57,123 nt of DNA, from contig CAYVCM010000002.1 of the NCBI GenBank assembly GCA_964449925.1, positions 1 to 57,123 on the forward strand, in the 5' to 3' direction. Under the pieces are notes generated by a model that saw nothing but the letters and a program-made list of their open reading frames with translations, searched no databases and was not told the origin of the DNA. This DNA comes from an uncultured Clostridium sp. (GTDB lineage Bacteria; Bacillota; Clostridia; TANB77; CAG-508). This document shows positions 34,251 through 44,147 of this stretch, piece after piece; within the stretch, counting starts at the first letter, position 1, and the number at the start of each line of letters is the position of its first letter. The position numbers and the translations under genes were made by a program.

Positions 34251-35679
34251 GTTGGGGTGGAAAACAGTGAAAGTTTTCTGCCTCAGCTTTTTTAGTTGAA
34301 ATGAAAAAATATTAAAAATAACTGATAAATATGCAATTGAAAGTATAGTTAATAAACCAATCAATAAAACTGGTAATAAATGTATATTTAAATAATAAAT
34401 TATCTATTTAATAATAAAATTCTAGCTTTAAAATTCTTAAAATTACGCATGCCAAAAGAAACTCTTTTCAAAACTTTAATTTTGTTATTAAAACCTTCAG
34501 TAACTCCATTGGAATAAGTAACTTCAAGGGAATGTTTAATTTCAGTATACCAATGCTGATAAGTCTTAGCACAATCTCGCAACTGGGAAACAGGAGATTC
34601 TAAAATCCTTTTAACCCATTCAGAAAAGGATTTAATTTTAACTTCAGAAGGAATAATATCAAGAAGTTCTTCTTTTTCTCTGTAAGCAATGCGTAAATCT
34701 TCAGAATAATTAATAAGAATATAAGATAATTCATCCTGTTGTTCATCAGTTTTTAAATTACATTTTCTAGATAAAAGAAGTTTTCTAGAATGTTTAAAGT
34801 AAATTCTTTCAGACTTAGGAAGTTTCTTTTGAACAGAAATCCTAATCTGATTAATAGCATTGCAAGCATATCTAACAAAATGAAAATGGTCAGCGACAAT
34901 TTTAGCTTTACGAAGATAAGTAAAAGCAATATCTTTGTAAGTTTCCCATAAATCGGTAATAAAATATTCAACATTATCAAGTTGATCTTGAGAGAATTTT
35001 TTAAAATAATCACAAAGAAAATGTTTTTGTCTACATTCAAGAATATCAACAACTTCATGAGTTTCACCATTAATCAAAGCAACTTGATATTTGTAATGAC
35101 CAGTATTACCTTTAAATTCGTCAATACAAAGAACTCTAGGCAAAGTAGAATTAGTAACAGCGAGATAAGGTAACATTTTAGAAATGACACTAGGAGAGGC
35201 ATTGGTTTGTTTAGAAACATCAGCTTGAGATATTAGATTACGAAGTTGATTAATCATAAAACCAGAGAGTCTAGTAGTTCTTCTAGAATACTTAGAAAGC
35301 AAAGGATTTTGTTCAAAAAATTTTTTATCACAATGATTGCAGACATATCTACGTTTTCTAATGATTAAGAAAGTAGGTTTAAAATAAATAGGAATATCCT
35401 TAATAGTTTGAGTGTAGTAATCATGAATATTAGAAGTAACATGTCCACAACGAGGACAAATATGTTCTTTAACAGGTAATTCAATATATATTTCTACCTT
35501 ATCTTTTAAATTTTTGATATTTTTACAATAAAATCTTTTAAATCTAACAAATTTTTGATACAATTAGTTTGCACTTATCAATACCTCCTTTAAATGTTTT
35601 CTAGCAATTACATTTTATCAGGTATTTTAGATAAGTGCATTATTTTTACAAAAAAATGTTGGGATTTTTTCACCCCAAC
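34251..35679 (-). mobile_element. ISL3-family insertion sequence (~1.43 kb)
   Basis: Imperfect terminal inverted repeats GTTGGGGTGGAAAAC (34251-) and GTTGGGGTGAAAAAA (reverse complement ending at 35679) flank the transposase. No clear target duplication was seen. Confidence 0.6.
34400..35563 (-). CDS. ISL3-family transposase
   Basis: N-terminal zinc finger CPRCGH...CNHC followed by a DDE region (CIDEF...; ITDLWE...). Size and layout are typical of ISL3. Confidence 0.75.
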   Translation of the reverse strand: MYQKFVRFKRFYCKNIKNLKDKVEIYIELPVKEHICPRCGHVTSNIHDYYTQTIKDIPIYFKPTFLIIRKRRYVCNHCDKKFFEQNPLLSKYSRRTTRLSGFMINQLRNLISQADVSKQTNASPSVISKMLPYLAVTNSTLPRVLCIDEFKGNTGHYKYQVALINGETHEVVDILECRQKHFLCDYFKKFSQDQLDNVEYFITDLWETYKDIAFTYLRKAKIVADHFHFVRYACNAINQIRISVQKKLPKSERIYFKHSRKLLLSRKCNLKTDEQQDELSYILINYSEDLRIAYREKEELLDIIPSEVKIKSFSEWVKRILESPVSQLRDCAKTYQHWYTEIKHSLEVTYSNGVTEGFNNKIKVLKRVSFGMRNFKNFKARILLLNR

Positions 35680-35868
35680 ATTTATTATAGAACCTAGAGA
35701 TAAAACTGTCTCTTATAAGCGATATTTTTTATACTAAAATATAATAATTAGTATCAATTATTATGTTTGAAAAAAGTACACAAAACCAAGAAGTTTTTTC
35801 ATGATTTTGAAAAAACTTGATTATAATATTAAAAGATAGTATAATTATTATAGTTGGGAGGAGATTTT

Positions 35869-37098
35869 ATGGAAAGAATAAATAGAGATAATTATTTATC
35901 TATATTAAAAAATTTCAAAGATCAACAAATAATAAAAGTTATAACAGGAATTAGAAGATGTGGAAAATCCACATTATTAGAGATATATCAAGACTATTTA
36001 CGAGAAAGTGGAGTAGAAGATAATCAAATAGTATCGATAAATTTTGAAAATGCAGATTATGAAGAACTACAAGATAGAAAAAAATTATATGAACATATTA
36101 AAGCAAAATTGATTAAAGGAAAAAAGACTTATGTATTTTTAGATGAAATTCAAAATGTAAATGAATTTGAAAAAACAGTAGATAGCTTATTTATAAATAA
36201 AGATGTAGATTTATATATAACAGGCTCAAATGCATATTTATTATCTTCAGAATTAGCTACACTACTTACAGGAAGATATATTGAAATAAAAATGTTACCG
36301 TTATCATTTAAAGAGTATATATCTGCTTTTGAAGATAAAACAGATATATCGAGAAAGTTTAGAGATTATTTAAGATATAGTTCTTTTCCTCAAGCAGTAG
36401 AGTTATATAAAATAAATTCAGAAAATATCAATATGTTTTTAGATGGTATATACAATACAATTTTATTCAAAGATGTGATGCAAAGAAAAGGAATAACAGA
36501 TAAAAACGTATTAGAAAGGGTTACAAAATATCTTTATGATAATATAGGAAATAGAACTAGTATGAAAAGCATAAGCGATAATATTGAAGGTGTAGAAAAG
36601 AATTCATCTTATAATACAATTTCAAATTATGTAGATACACTTATAGATAGCTATTTAATATTTAAAGCGAGCAGGTATGACATAAAAGGAAAAGAATATC
36701 TAAAAACTCAAGAAAAATATTATGCAGTAGATATAGGACTTAGATATTATATGTTAGGTCAAGGTTCTGGTAGAGATATGGGACATATATTAGAAAATGT
36801 TGTGTATCTAGAATTATTAAGACGAGGATATGATGTATATATAGGAAAATATGACGAATTAGAAGTTGATTTTGTCGCTAAGAAACCTGAAAATACAGTT
36901 TATTATCAAGTAGCATTAACAACAAGAACAGAAGGTGAAGAAGAAAATAAAATTTTAGATAGAGAACTAACACCTTTAAAGAAAATAAATGATAACTATC
37001 CTAAATATATTTTGACATTAGATGATGATTTAGATGCTGATTTTGACGGGATAAAGAAAATAAATGTGTTGGATTGGTTACTTGATAAAAAAGATTAA
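35869..37098 (+). CDS. AAA+ ATPase with DUF4143-type C-terminus
   Basis: ITGIRRCGKSTLL Walker A and VFLDEIQ Walker B. Overall AAA_14 + DUF4143 layout. GGGAGGAG RBS precedes ATG 35869. Confidence 0.7.
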   Translation: MERINRDNYLSILKNFKDQQIIKVITGIRRCGKSTLLEIYQDYLRESGVEDNQIVSINFENADYEELQDRKKLYEHIKAKLIKGKKTYVFLDEIQNVNEFEKTVDSLFINKDVDLYITGSNAYLLSSELATLLTGRYIEIKMLPLSFKEYISAFEDKTDISRKFRDYLRYSSFPQAVELYKINSENINMFLDGIYNTILFKDVMQRKGITDKNVLERVTKYLYDNIGNRTSMKSISDNIEGVEKNSSYNTISNYVDTLIDSYLIFKASRYDIKGKEYLKTQEKYYAVDIGLRYYMLGQGSGRDMGHILENVVYLELLRRGYDVYIGKYDELEVDFVAKKPENTVYYQVALTTRTEGEEENKILDRELTPLKKINDNYPKYILTLDDDLDADFDGIKKINVLDWLLDKKD

Positions 37099-37113
37099 AT
37101 TTAAATAAATAAA

Positions 37114-37169
37114 AGAAAAACAAAATAATATGTAAAGAAATAAAATTACAAATTTATTTTGTTTTTTCT
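37114..37169 (+). terminator. long A/T-rich hairpin terminator
   Basis: AGAAAAACAAAATAA...TTATTTTGTTTTTTCT (one bulge), 16 nt after the stop codon. Confidence 0.45.
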
Positions 37170-37538
37170 AACTATACGGAAGTTGTTAAATATGAGTAAT
37201 AATTATCTTAGATGAATATTGTATTAGTATTTTTGAAAAATAAACTGAATATTTTTTCTGATATTTTTTCAATTATTCCTTAAACTTTTTAATAGACCAA
37301 TATTGATAACTTGGGTGATGGACTTTGTCAAGTAAAGTGCGTAATTTTTTCAAATTTTAATTTTGTATAATTGGTGATAAAATTTAAACCGTGGATTATT
37401 TTATTGAATAATGAAAAGAGGCTTCCTACTTCAGGACACCATCTGTGAGTATGAATGGAAAAATAGTAGAATTAAATATACAAAAGTAAAATATATGATA
37501 TAATGAGATAAAATAAATAATAATATGGATGTGAGTTT

Positions 37539-38129
37539 ATGGATGAAGATATAATTAATTTAATTAGAAATGGAATTTCAAATGATTATTGTAAGTTGTT
37601 ATGTCAGGACGCTATTGAAGAAAAAAGAGGAAGATTAAAGGAATCGTATATAATAGGAATAATGATATATTGTATATTTTATGATATGTCATATTTTGTA
37701 GAGTATATATATAAGGAAAATATCAAAAATAATACTTTAGAAGTGCAATATAAAATAAATATTTTATATTTATTTTATTTAAAAGCAAATCATAAAGACA
37801 ATATAAAGTTAAAAAATGAAATAATAGAACAATATAAAAAACAAAAGCTTAAAAGAAGACAACTAACTAAAGAAATACAAAAATTGAATTTAATTAATTT
37901 TGATAGGAAAATTATAAAATATAATAACAAAAAACAAGAAAATATAGTTATAAAAAAAATTTTAGAATTACAACAAAGACTAGATATAATTGCATGCTGC
38001 ATAGAATACAAGTTTTTAATAGATAATTTAAATTTTGAAAATAATATAAAAATAGACAGGATTCTAAATTGGAATATATTTTTAATAAAAAAATACAATA
38101 CGATAGAAGATAAAATTTGGATGATATAA
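37539..38129 (+). CDS. hypothetical protein
   Basis: 196-aa ORF; no motif. Confidence 0.35.
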   Translation: MDEDIINLIRNGISNDYCKLLCQDAIEEKRGRLKESYIIGIMIYCIFYDMSYFVEYIYKENIKNNTLEVQYKINILYLFYLKANHKDNIKLKNEIIEQYKKQKLKRRQLTKEIQKLNLINFDRKIIKYNNKKQENIVIKKILELQQRLDIIACCIEYKFLIDNLNFENNIKIDRILNWNIFLIKKYNTIEDKIWMI

Positions 38130-38210
38130 AGTAGATATAAAAAAATAATAAGATGATATATTTTGAAAAGATGGTTACAAGTATAAAGTAAACTTTATAG
38201 GAGGTTTCAA

Positions 38211-38798
38211 ATGAAAGAAAAAAACAACAATGAAATCACTGTAAGAATAAAAGGAGACATTAGTGAATTTTATAAAATTATAAAAAACAAAGGATTTAAA
38301 AATGTAGACAGTTTCAAATTAGATGATTATTTTTATATACCAAAAGATTTAGAAATAGAAAAAATGACAACAAGACAAATATTATCAAAAGCAGTTCTTA
38401 TAAGAAAAATTATGCAAGATAATAAAATAATGAAGCGTATAACATTTAAGAAAAAAGAAATTGATGATAATGGAAATATATTGAACCAAGAAAATATAGA
38501 TTGTAGTATTTTAGATATGGAAGAAGCAAAGATGTTATTGCAAGCTATGGGGTACAAAGAAATTATGGCAATAACAGAAAATGATTTACAATTTATAAAA
38601 GATGATTTTCAAATTTTTGTAAAAGAAGTTGTAAATGGAGACAACTTAATTGAAGTTGAACTTGGATTTAATGAAAATTTTGACACATTAGAGCAAATAA
38701 TTGAAAAGTTGAAAGAGCTAGAATTACCAATATATACAGATAATCTTTTTGTGAAGAAAGCAGAGATAGAGTTAAATAAAATATTGAAAAGAGATTAA
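38211..38798 (+). CDS. possible CYTH-like (CyaB/ThTPase fold) protein
   Basis: EITVRIKGD near the N-terminus, LIEVELG near the C-terminus, and ~190 aa length loosely fit CYTH. This is a weak call. Confidence 0.35.
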   Translation: MKEKNNNEITVRIKGDISEFYKIIKNKGFKNVDSFKLDDYFYIPKDLEIEKMTTRQILSKAVLIRKIMQDNKIMKRITFKKKEIDDNGNILNQENIDCSILDMEEAKMLLQAMGYKEIMAITENDLQFIKDDFQIFVKEVVNGDNLIEVELGFNENFDTLEQIIEKLKELELPIYTDNLFVKKAEIELNKILKRD

Positions 38799-38845
38799 TT
38801 TATAAAAAATAACCTTACAAATGTTGGATTTCAATATTTGCTAGG

Positions 38846-39826
38846 TTATTTTCTATAATACATTCCTTGATACAAATCATTTTCTTTTAGATATTTTTCA
38901 AGTCCATTAATAATCCACTTTTTATGAGAGTTCCAACTAGGTGCAACTAATAAATCTTTAGGGGCATCGCCAGATATTCTATGGATAATAATATTTGGAT
39001 TTATATGAGTTATAACATATGCACATTCAGTTAAATATTGTTCCAAACTTATAGGAGTATATTTACCAAGATTATATAATTCTTCTAATTTAGTATTTTT
39101 TACAACATAGCATGAGTGAATTTTTAATCCTTGAATATTATATTGATTCAGAAAATTTACAGTTGATTTAATATCTTTACTATAATCATTTTCCTTATCT
39201 ACACCTGATGTTGGATTAGGAAGACCAATCATTATATGAGTTACTATATCAATATCATATTTATTTAGTATATATATAGCATTTGTAAAATCTTTATTTG
39301 TATAACAACGATTAATTAAGTTTCCAATTTTTTCATCTGCAGTTTGAAGTCCAAGTTCTACACATACATAATATTTATCAGCATAACTTTTCAATAATTT
39401 AGCAATATCTTCAGTTATACAATCAGGGCGTGTTGCAACTTCTAAGCCAACAATTCTGTTATCAATCAACGCAGAATCATATTTCATTTTTAGATTTTCT
39501 AAAGTGTCATAAGTATTAGTAAAATTTTGAAAATACACAATAAATTTATTAGCTCTTTCGGCTTTGTAGCTTTTGAAATAATTTTTAACTTGTTCAGAAA
39601 TAAAATTAGTAGATTTTTCATAAGAGGTATGCTTACTGTATTCCATAAATTTTTTTATATGTTCGCCTGAACCTTTTTCGCTACAAAAAATGCATCCACC
39701 AACACCTTTGGAACCATCACGATTAGGACAAGTAAAATTTCCATCAATACATATCTTTAGTGTACGTTCTCCGAATTTTTCTTTAAAATATTTATTTAAA
39801 TGGTTATATCTTTCTTTATTCTTCAT
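38846..39826 (-). CDS. TIGR01212-family radical SAM protein
   Basis: CPNRDGSKGVGGCIFCSEKGSGE cysteine motif. Overall length and layout are typical of the YhcC/TIGR01212 family. Confidence 0.75.
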   Translation of the reverse strand: MKNKERYNHLNKYFKEKFGERTLKICIDGNFTCPNRDGSKGVGGCIFCSEKGSGEHIKKFMEYSKHTSYEKSTNFISEQVKNYFKSYKAERANKFIVYFQNFTNTYDTLENLKMKYDSALIDNRIVGLEVATRPDCITEDIAKLLKSYADKYYVCVELGLQTADEKIGNLINRCYTNKDFTNAIYILNKYDIDIVTHIMIGLPNPTSGVDKENDYSKDIKSTVNFLNQYNIQGLKIHSCYVVKNTKLEELYNLGKYTPISLEQYLTECAYVITHINPNIIIHRISGDAPKDLLVAPSWNSHKKWIINGLEKYLKENDLYQGMYYRK

Positions 39827-39968
39827 AGTGAGAACATTATAGTAGAAAAGTCTTTATTTTTCAAGTGAATTCATAGACTTTCTTAAATTGGTTTGATATA
39901 ATGCATTTGATTAAAAGTATTAAAAACATAGGAGAGAGTTAGTCTTAAGAGAAAGGATTGTGAAGTCA

Positions 39969-40109
39969 ATGAAAATGCCAAATGATATAAAAAAATTAAT
40001 TCATGAATATATTGATAGATATAATAAAAGACCAGACCCATTTAATTATGATGAATGGGACAGTTTTGAACAATACAAAGAATATTTAGAAAAAGAATTA
40101 GGAAAATAA
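39969..40109 (+). CDS. 46-aa small protein, paralog A (not in ORF track)
   Basis: MKMPNDIKKLIHEYIDRYNKRPDPFNYDEWDSFEQYKEYLEKELGK. Paralog at 40773-40931. Confidence 0.45.
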   Translation: MKMPNDIKKLIHEYIDRYNKRPDPFNYDEWDSFEQYKEYLEKELGK

Positions 40110-40150
40110 TACAATAAAAAATAAATGTGTATTAAAAGGAATGAATTGAT

Positions 40151-40576
40151 ATGGAAAAGATTTTGTCTGAAAAAGAAATAAATAATATTTTTGAATTAAA
40201 AAAGAAGATAAAAGAAGAAGCAAGTAACGGATATAAATCATTATCATTAGAAAATATAGAGGAATTAATTAAGAAGGTAGTACCTGACTTTTCTTATGAT
40301 AATCAAAAAAGAAATAAGTTGATTGATATAGCATTTTCATGTAATGGGAATTTAATAAATAATCCAGAAAATTTAAAATGTCCTAAATGTTTTGGAAAAT
40401 ACATTGTAGAATTAAGGGATGGAGATGTTTATTATAGATTATTTAATGGAAGTGAAGAAACAAAAAGAAGAGAAAAGGAAAAATTTAAAAATTCACCATT
40501 GTTTATAAATAGAGTACCAATTGCTGGATATTATAAAACATCAAATATATGCTTACAGTGTGGTTTTGAATGGTGA
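40151..40576 (+). CDS. hypothetical zinc-ribbon protein
   Basis: CPKC...CLQC pairs in the C-terminal half. Confidence 0.4.
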   Translation: MEKILSEKEINNIFELKKKIKEEASNGYKSLSLENIEELIKKVVPDFSYDNQKRNKLIDIAFSCNGNLINNPENLKCPKCFGKYIVELRDGDVYYRLFNGSEETKRREKEKFKNSPLFINRVPIAGYYKTSNICLQCGFEW

Positions 40577-40600
40577 TTAAAGAATGAAGGAGAATTATTA

Positions 40601-40801
40601 ATGTATTACGATAATAAGAGTAAAAGAAGAAAAGAACTTGAAGAAAGTATAAAAAACATGACGAAAGAAGAAAAAAGAAGTAGTTTAAGAGCTCCTTTTT
40701 GGAAAGAAAATGCAAAAATAAATACAAGTTCGTCTTTATATAAAAAAGTAAATAAGTTGTGGAAGGAAATAAATGAAGAGAATGATATTTATACCAAATG
40801 A
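40601..40801 (+). CDS. hypothetical Lys-rich small protein
   Basis: 66-aa ORF with GGAG RBS. Confidence 0.3.
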   Translation: MYYDNKSKRRKELEESIKNMTKEEKRSSLRAPFWKENAKINTSSSLYKKVNKLWKEINEENDIYTK

Positions 40802-40931
40802 TGTAGATAAATTAATAAATGAATATATTAGAATGAAAAACAAAAAACCAAAATTATTTAATTATGATGAGTGGGATAGTTTTGAACAGTACAAAGAATA
40901 TTTAGAAAAAGAGTTAAGAAAATATTATTAA
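40773..40931 (+). CDS. 52-aa small protein, paralog B (not in ORF track)
   Basis: MKRMIFIPNDVDKLINEYIRMKNKKPKLFNYDEWDSFEQYKEYLEKELRKYY. Confidence 0.45.
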   Translation: MKRMIFIPNDVDKLINEYIRMKNKKPKLFNYDEWDSFEQYKEYLEKELRKYY

Positions 40932-40944
40932 AAAATATAAATAT

Positions 40945-41148
40945 TTATTTATACTTTTTAATTTCTTCTATAGTATTATTATATTTAGCAAATTTATTTT
41001 CAAGTTCATTTATTTTCTTTTTTATTCTAATATCTATTCTATTAACATCAAATCCATTTGGGTAAAATTTTGATATTTTATTTATTAATTCAGGAATATT
41101 TTTTGATGTTAGTATTTCTTTTATATCATTTTCTTTCATAAAACACAT
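40945..41148 (-). CDS. hypothetical small protein
   Basis: 67-aa ORF; no motif. Confidence 0.3.
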   Translation of the reverse strand: MCFMKENDIKEILTSKNIPELINKISKFYPNGFDVNRIDIRIKKKINELENKFAKYNNTIEEIKKYK

Positions 41149-41195
41149 TTTTTTTAATTCTATAAAATGAAGAGTATGAGGAATAAATAAGAAAT

Positions 41196-41572
41196 ATGAA
41201 AACTGAATATGGAGTATTAATTGATGAAGAAGGCAATATATATGCTTATTCAGGAACAGAAACTAATTTAAATATAACAGATAGGTCATTAGATAATGTC
41301 ATTATTACACATAATCATCCTGAAACTGTTTTTTTGGAAAAGATGATTTTGAGTTAATGAAAGCTAATCCAAAAATAAAAGAATTAAGGGCAGTTGATGA
41401 AGAATACAATTATTCCCTTAAATTGAAGAAAGCAATAGATATTGGTTATAATGAAGTATATAAAAAAGGGTTACAAAAAGCATTTGAGACAGGAGAAGAA
41501 CCACAACATTGTGCAATGTTAATTTTAAAAGAAATGGGGTACATAAATTATGACAGAAAAAGAAAAAAATAA
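41196..41572 (+). pseudogene. ~125-aa gene split by a T-homopolymer frameshift
   Basis: MKTEYGVLIDEEGNIYAYSG...VIITHNHPETVF then the T7 run at 41327-41333. One extra T would join it to ...FGKDDFELMKANPKIKEL (ORF 41357-41572). Confidence 0.45.
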
Positions 41573-41732
41573 AAAGATAGAAGAACTAAAAAAACAATGG
41601 GAAGAAGAAATCAAAGCAATACCAGATAAAAATAATCAGCCTTCTAAAGGTGGTTGTTTAGACAATGGAAATGGAGGAAAATATACTGAAATAACAGAAA
41701 AATACCGAAAAATGATAAATGAACTTAAATAA
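41550..41732 (+). CDS. hypothetical small protein
   Basis: 60-aa ORF overlapping the previous stop. Confidence 0.3.
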   Translation: MTEKEKNKKIEELKKQWEEEIKAIPDKNNQPSKGGCLDNGNGGKYTEITEKYRKMINELK

Positions 41733-41766
41733 TAAAATAAAAAAATAGCACTTACAAAAGCAGGTG

Positions 41767-41973
41767 CTATTTTTTTATTCCATCATATATAATTGTTAAA
41801 CTTTCTAATTGTCCTTCTTTTTTTATTTTTTTCTTATCCTCTTTACTATATTTTGAATCATTCAATATCCCCTGAACTTCTTCATATAATTTTATTATTT
41901 CATTATTATCCATATTTTTAGGACATTTTTTCATTTTATCTATTAATTTTTGTATATAATTATCTTTATCCAT
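41767..41973 (-). CDS. hypothetical small protein
   Basis: 68-aa ORF. Confidence 0.3.
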   Translation of the reverse strand: MDKDNYIQKLIDKMKKCPKNMDNNEIIKLYEEVQGILNDSKYSKEDKKKIKKEGQLESLTIIYDGIKK

Positions 41974-42161
41974 ATAATTCTCCTATCAGACTATTTAATT
42001 CCATTGCTTCATCTACTGCCTTGTCTTTTAAATATCTTGTATTTTATTTCCAGAGAAGTTAAGCATATTAGTTACAATTTCAGAAGTATGCTATTTTAGA
42101 TAGTAATTAAACTTCAACTATAATAAATATCAGATAATGGTATATTTTAATGAGTATTGTA

Positions 42162-42689
42162 CTATTCACCACAATACTCATCAAAATATATAACTTCATT
42201 AAGCCACTTATTTAGATTTCTTCGACTTGTAAATCTTAAAACTTTAGATTCATTAACAAAAGCAATATTATCAGTTATATAACGTCTTTTCTTTCTTCTA
42301 TAATTTAATGTATAAAAGAAAAAAGTAGCATCCATTTTTTCCTTACATCCAGGTATTTCAGCTTTTTCATTCCCATGATTTTTAAAAAATCTTTCCAAAA
42401 TACCTTTCATTTGTGCAAAAGTAGAATAGTCAAGCCATATTACTAAATTTGCCTTTTCTAATCTTGCTTTAAGAGTCGATTTATATGTTCCATCTATAAT
42501 CCATTTTTTACTTTCTATTAATGAAAGAATTATTTTATCACGTTCGGCACTATCTCTAATTTTCCAATTTGCTAAATGGTGAATTCCGTCAATATGAGTA
42601 ACGGGAAGATTATAAATTTTTGATAATTTATCTGCTAATGTAGTTTTTCCAGTTCCTGGTCCGCCAATTATACAAATACGATTATACAT
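42162..42689 (-). CDS. P-loop kinase-like protein (topology-modulation/adenylate-kinase-like)
   Basis: ICIIGGPGTGKTTLADKLSK Walker A at the N-terminus; 175 aa. Confidence 0.6.
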   Translation of the reverse strand: MYNRICIIGGPGTGKTTLADKLSKIYNLPVTHIDGIHHLANWKIRDSAERDKIILSLIESKKWIIDGTYKSTLKARLEKANLVIWLDYSTFAQMKGILERFFKNHGNEKAEIPGCKEKMDATFFFYTLNYRRKKRRYITDNIAFVNESKVLRFTSRRNLNKWLNEVIYFDEYCGE

Positions 42690-42847
42690 ATATTCTTATC
42701 GTATAAATGATAATATACGAAACTCCTTTCTACAATTTATATAGGACAAATTTTGCTTCATGAAAACTTTTTTTACTTTTCTAAATTAGTTACATATATT
42801 TAAGTTTTCAAAGAAGTGTAAAGATTTCGACACACATATTAGGTCTT

Positions 42848-43334
42848 TTATATTTTTTTACTTACAATATAATCTCGAATTATATAATCATTTTTCATAT
42901 AGAAGTTTAAAGCACTTTGGTTAGGTCCAAAAACTTCAATATTTATTCTTTTACAATTAATATTTTTGAAATAATTTTCCATTTTATTTAAAAGCGATTT
43001 TCCAATAGAATGACCGACGAAAAGAATCTTTAATTATTAATTCCAATACATTGCCAGTTTTAGCACAATCGTTTGTTAGCTTATCTACTTCATCAATGCA
43101 ATTTACTATACCAAAAATTAATCCTACAACTTCATTATTTTCAATTGCTAAAAATATTTTTCCATCTTGCTTGTTTACAAGTGTCATATCCATTTTAAAG
43201 CAATTTTCACGGTAATCATTTGATAAGATTTGAGTATGCCAATCATCTATGTCAACAAGATAATTTTGTAAATCTACTAATAAATCTTTTATTTGTTCAT
43301 CATAAATTGAATCATATTCTATTATTTCTATCAC
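42848..43334 (-). pseudogene. GNAT acetyltransferase with +1 frameshift
   Basis: ORF 42984-43334 ends ...ELIIKDSFRRSFYWKIAFK. Deleting the base at 43016 restores ...SFRGHSIGKSLLNKMENYF...ALNFYMKNDY (GNAT motif A/B). Confidence 0.65.
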
Positions 43335-43416
43335 AATGAACCTCCTTACAATTTTATAAATTGTAATTTAATCCTATATTTTCTATAAAAATATAATTAT
43401 TAAAATTCATAACTTA

Positions 43417-44079
43417 TTAATTTTTAAATTTTATTATATTCAACAATTCTCCAAAATCATCAACAATATATGTAGGACTTACGCTAACTAAGTTTTCTGG
43501 TTTATCATATCCATATGTAACTGCAATAGTATCTATACCAGCGTTTTTACCACATAATATATCTGATTTACTATCACCAATAATTACAGCATCTTCTTTT
43601 TTTACATTTAAGTTGTCTATTATATAATTTACTATTTCAGGATCTGGTTTATGTTTAAAATCACTTTCTTCTGTACCTAAAACATAATTGAAACCTTCTA
43701 GCTTAAAATGAGAGACCATTTTATCTAAAATTCTTTTTGGTTTACTTGATGCTACTGCCATGTAAAAACCTTGATTTTTAAAATTATCTAAAGTATTTTT
43801 TACATTCGGAAATAATGTTGTTGAATCTATATAGTGACATTCATCTATATAATACTTTCTATATTTTTTTGCATATTCTCCAGCTAAATTTTTTTTGTCT
43901 TCTGGAAGTTCTTTTTCAAACATTTTTCCTAAGTGCATACCTGCTAATTTTTGAAATTCTTCTTTGGTTATTTCAAAACCAGCATTTTCTTTTAAAGTAT
44001 GATTAAATGACAAAAAAACATCTTTTTCGCTATCCCATACAGTTCCATCCACATCAAAAATAAGTAGTTTCTTTTCCAT
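43417..44079 (-). CDS. HAD-family phosphatase (phosphoglycolate phosphatase-like)
   Basis: LLIFDVDGTVWDS (motif I) and IIGDSKSDILCGKNAG (motif IV). Confidence 0.8.
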   Translation of the reverse strand: MEKKLLIFDVDGTVWDSEKDVFLSFNHTLKENAGFEITKEEFQKLAGMHLGKMFEKELPEDKKNLAGEYAKKYRKYYIDECHYIDSTTLFPNVKNTLDNFKNQGFYMAVASSKPKRILDKMVSHFKLEGFNYVLGTEESDFKHKPDPEIVNYIIDNLNVKKEDAVIIGDSKSDILCGKNAGIDTIAVTYGYDKPENLVSVSPTYIVDDFGELLNIIKFKN

Positions 44080-44147
44080 ATTTTCTCTCCTTTATAATAT
44101 ATCTAAAAATAAAATTGTTATATCACATTAGTGATATAATTCATAAA

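Noticed and set aside
34251-34268. Similarity between the IS termini (GTTGGGGTGAAAAAATCC) and the 33-bp IME repeats (GTTGGGGAAGAAATCC)
   Set aside because: The shared part is short (GTTGGGG plus AAATCC with an indel). It cannot be distinguished from coincidence without a genome-wide search. It is mentioned only as an alternative explanation in the arm-site finding.
35706-35717. CTGTCTCTTATA, identical to the first 12 nt of the Tn5 mosaic end / Nextera adapter
   Set aside because: Only 12 nt match and the sequence then diverges (AGCG versus CACA). It lies in ordinary flanking DNA beside the IS, so it is most likely coincidence rather than adapter contamination or a Tn5-type end.
37099-37538. 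440-bp gene-free interval; looked for a riboswitch, tRNA or small RNA
   Set aside because: Apart from the terminator at 37114-37169, I found no convincing conserved structure or known riboswitch core. It needs a covariance-model scan rather than inspection by eye.
35869-38798. AAA+/DUF4143 ATPase, 196-aa unknown and CYTH-like gene as a possible three-gene system
   Set aside because: The genes are separated by 440-bp and 81-bp gaps with a terminator after the first. DUF4143 ATPases are widespread singletons and the CYTH call is weak. There is no evidence of functional linkage.
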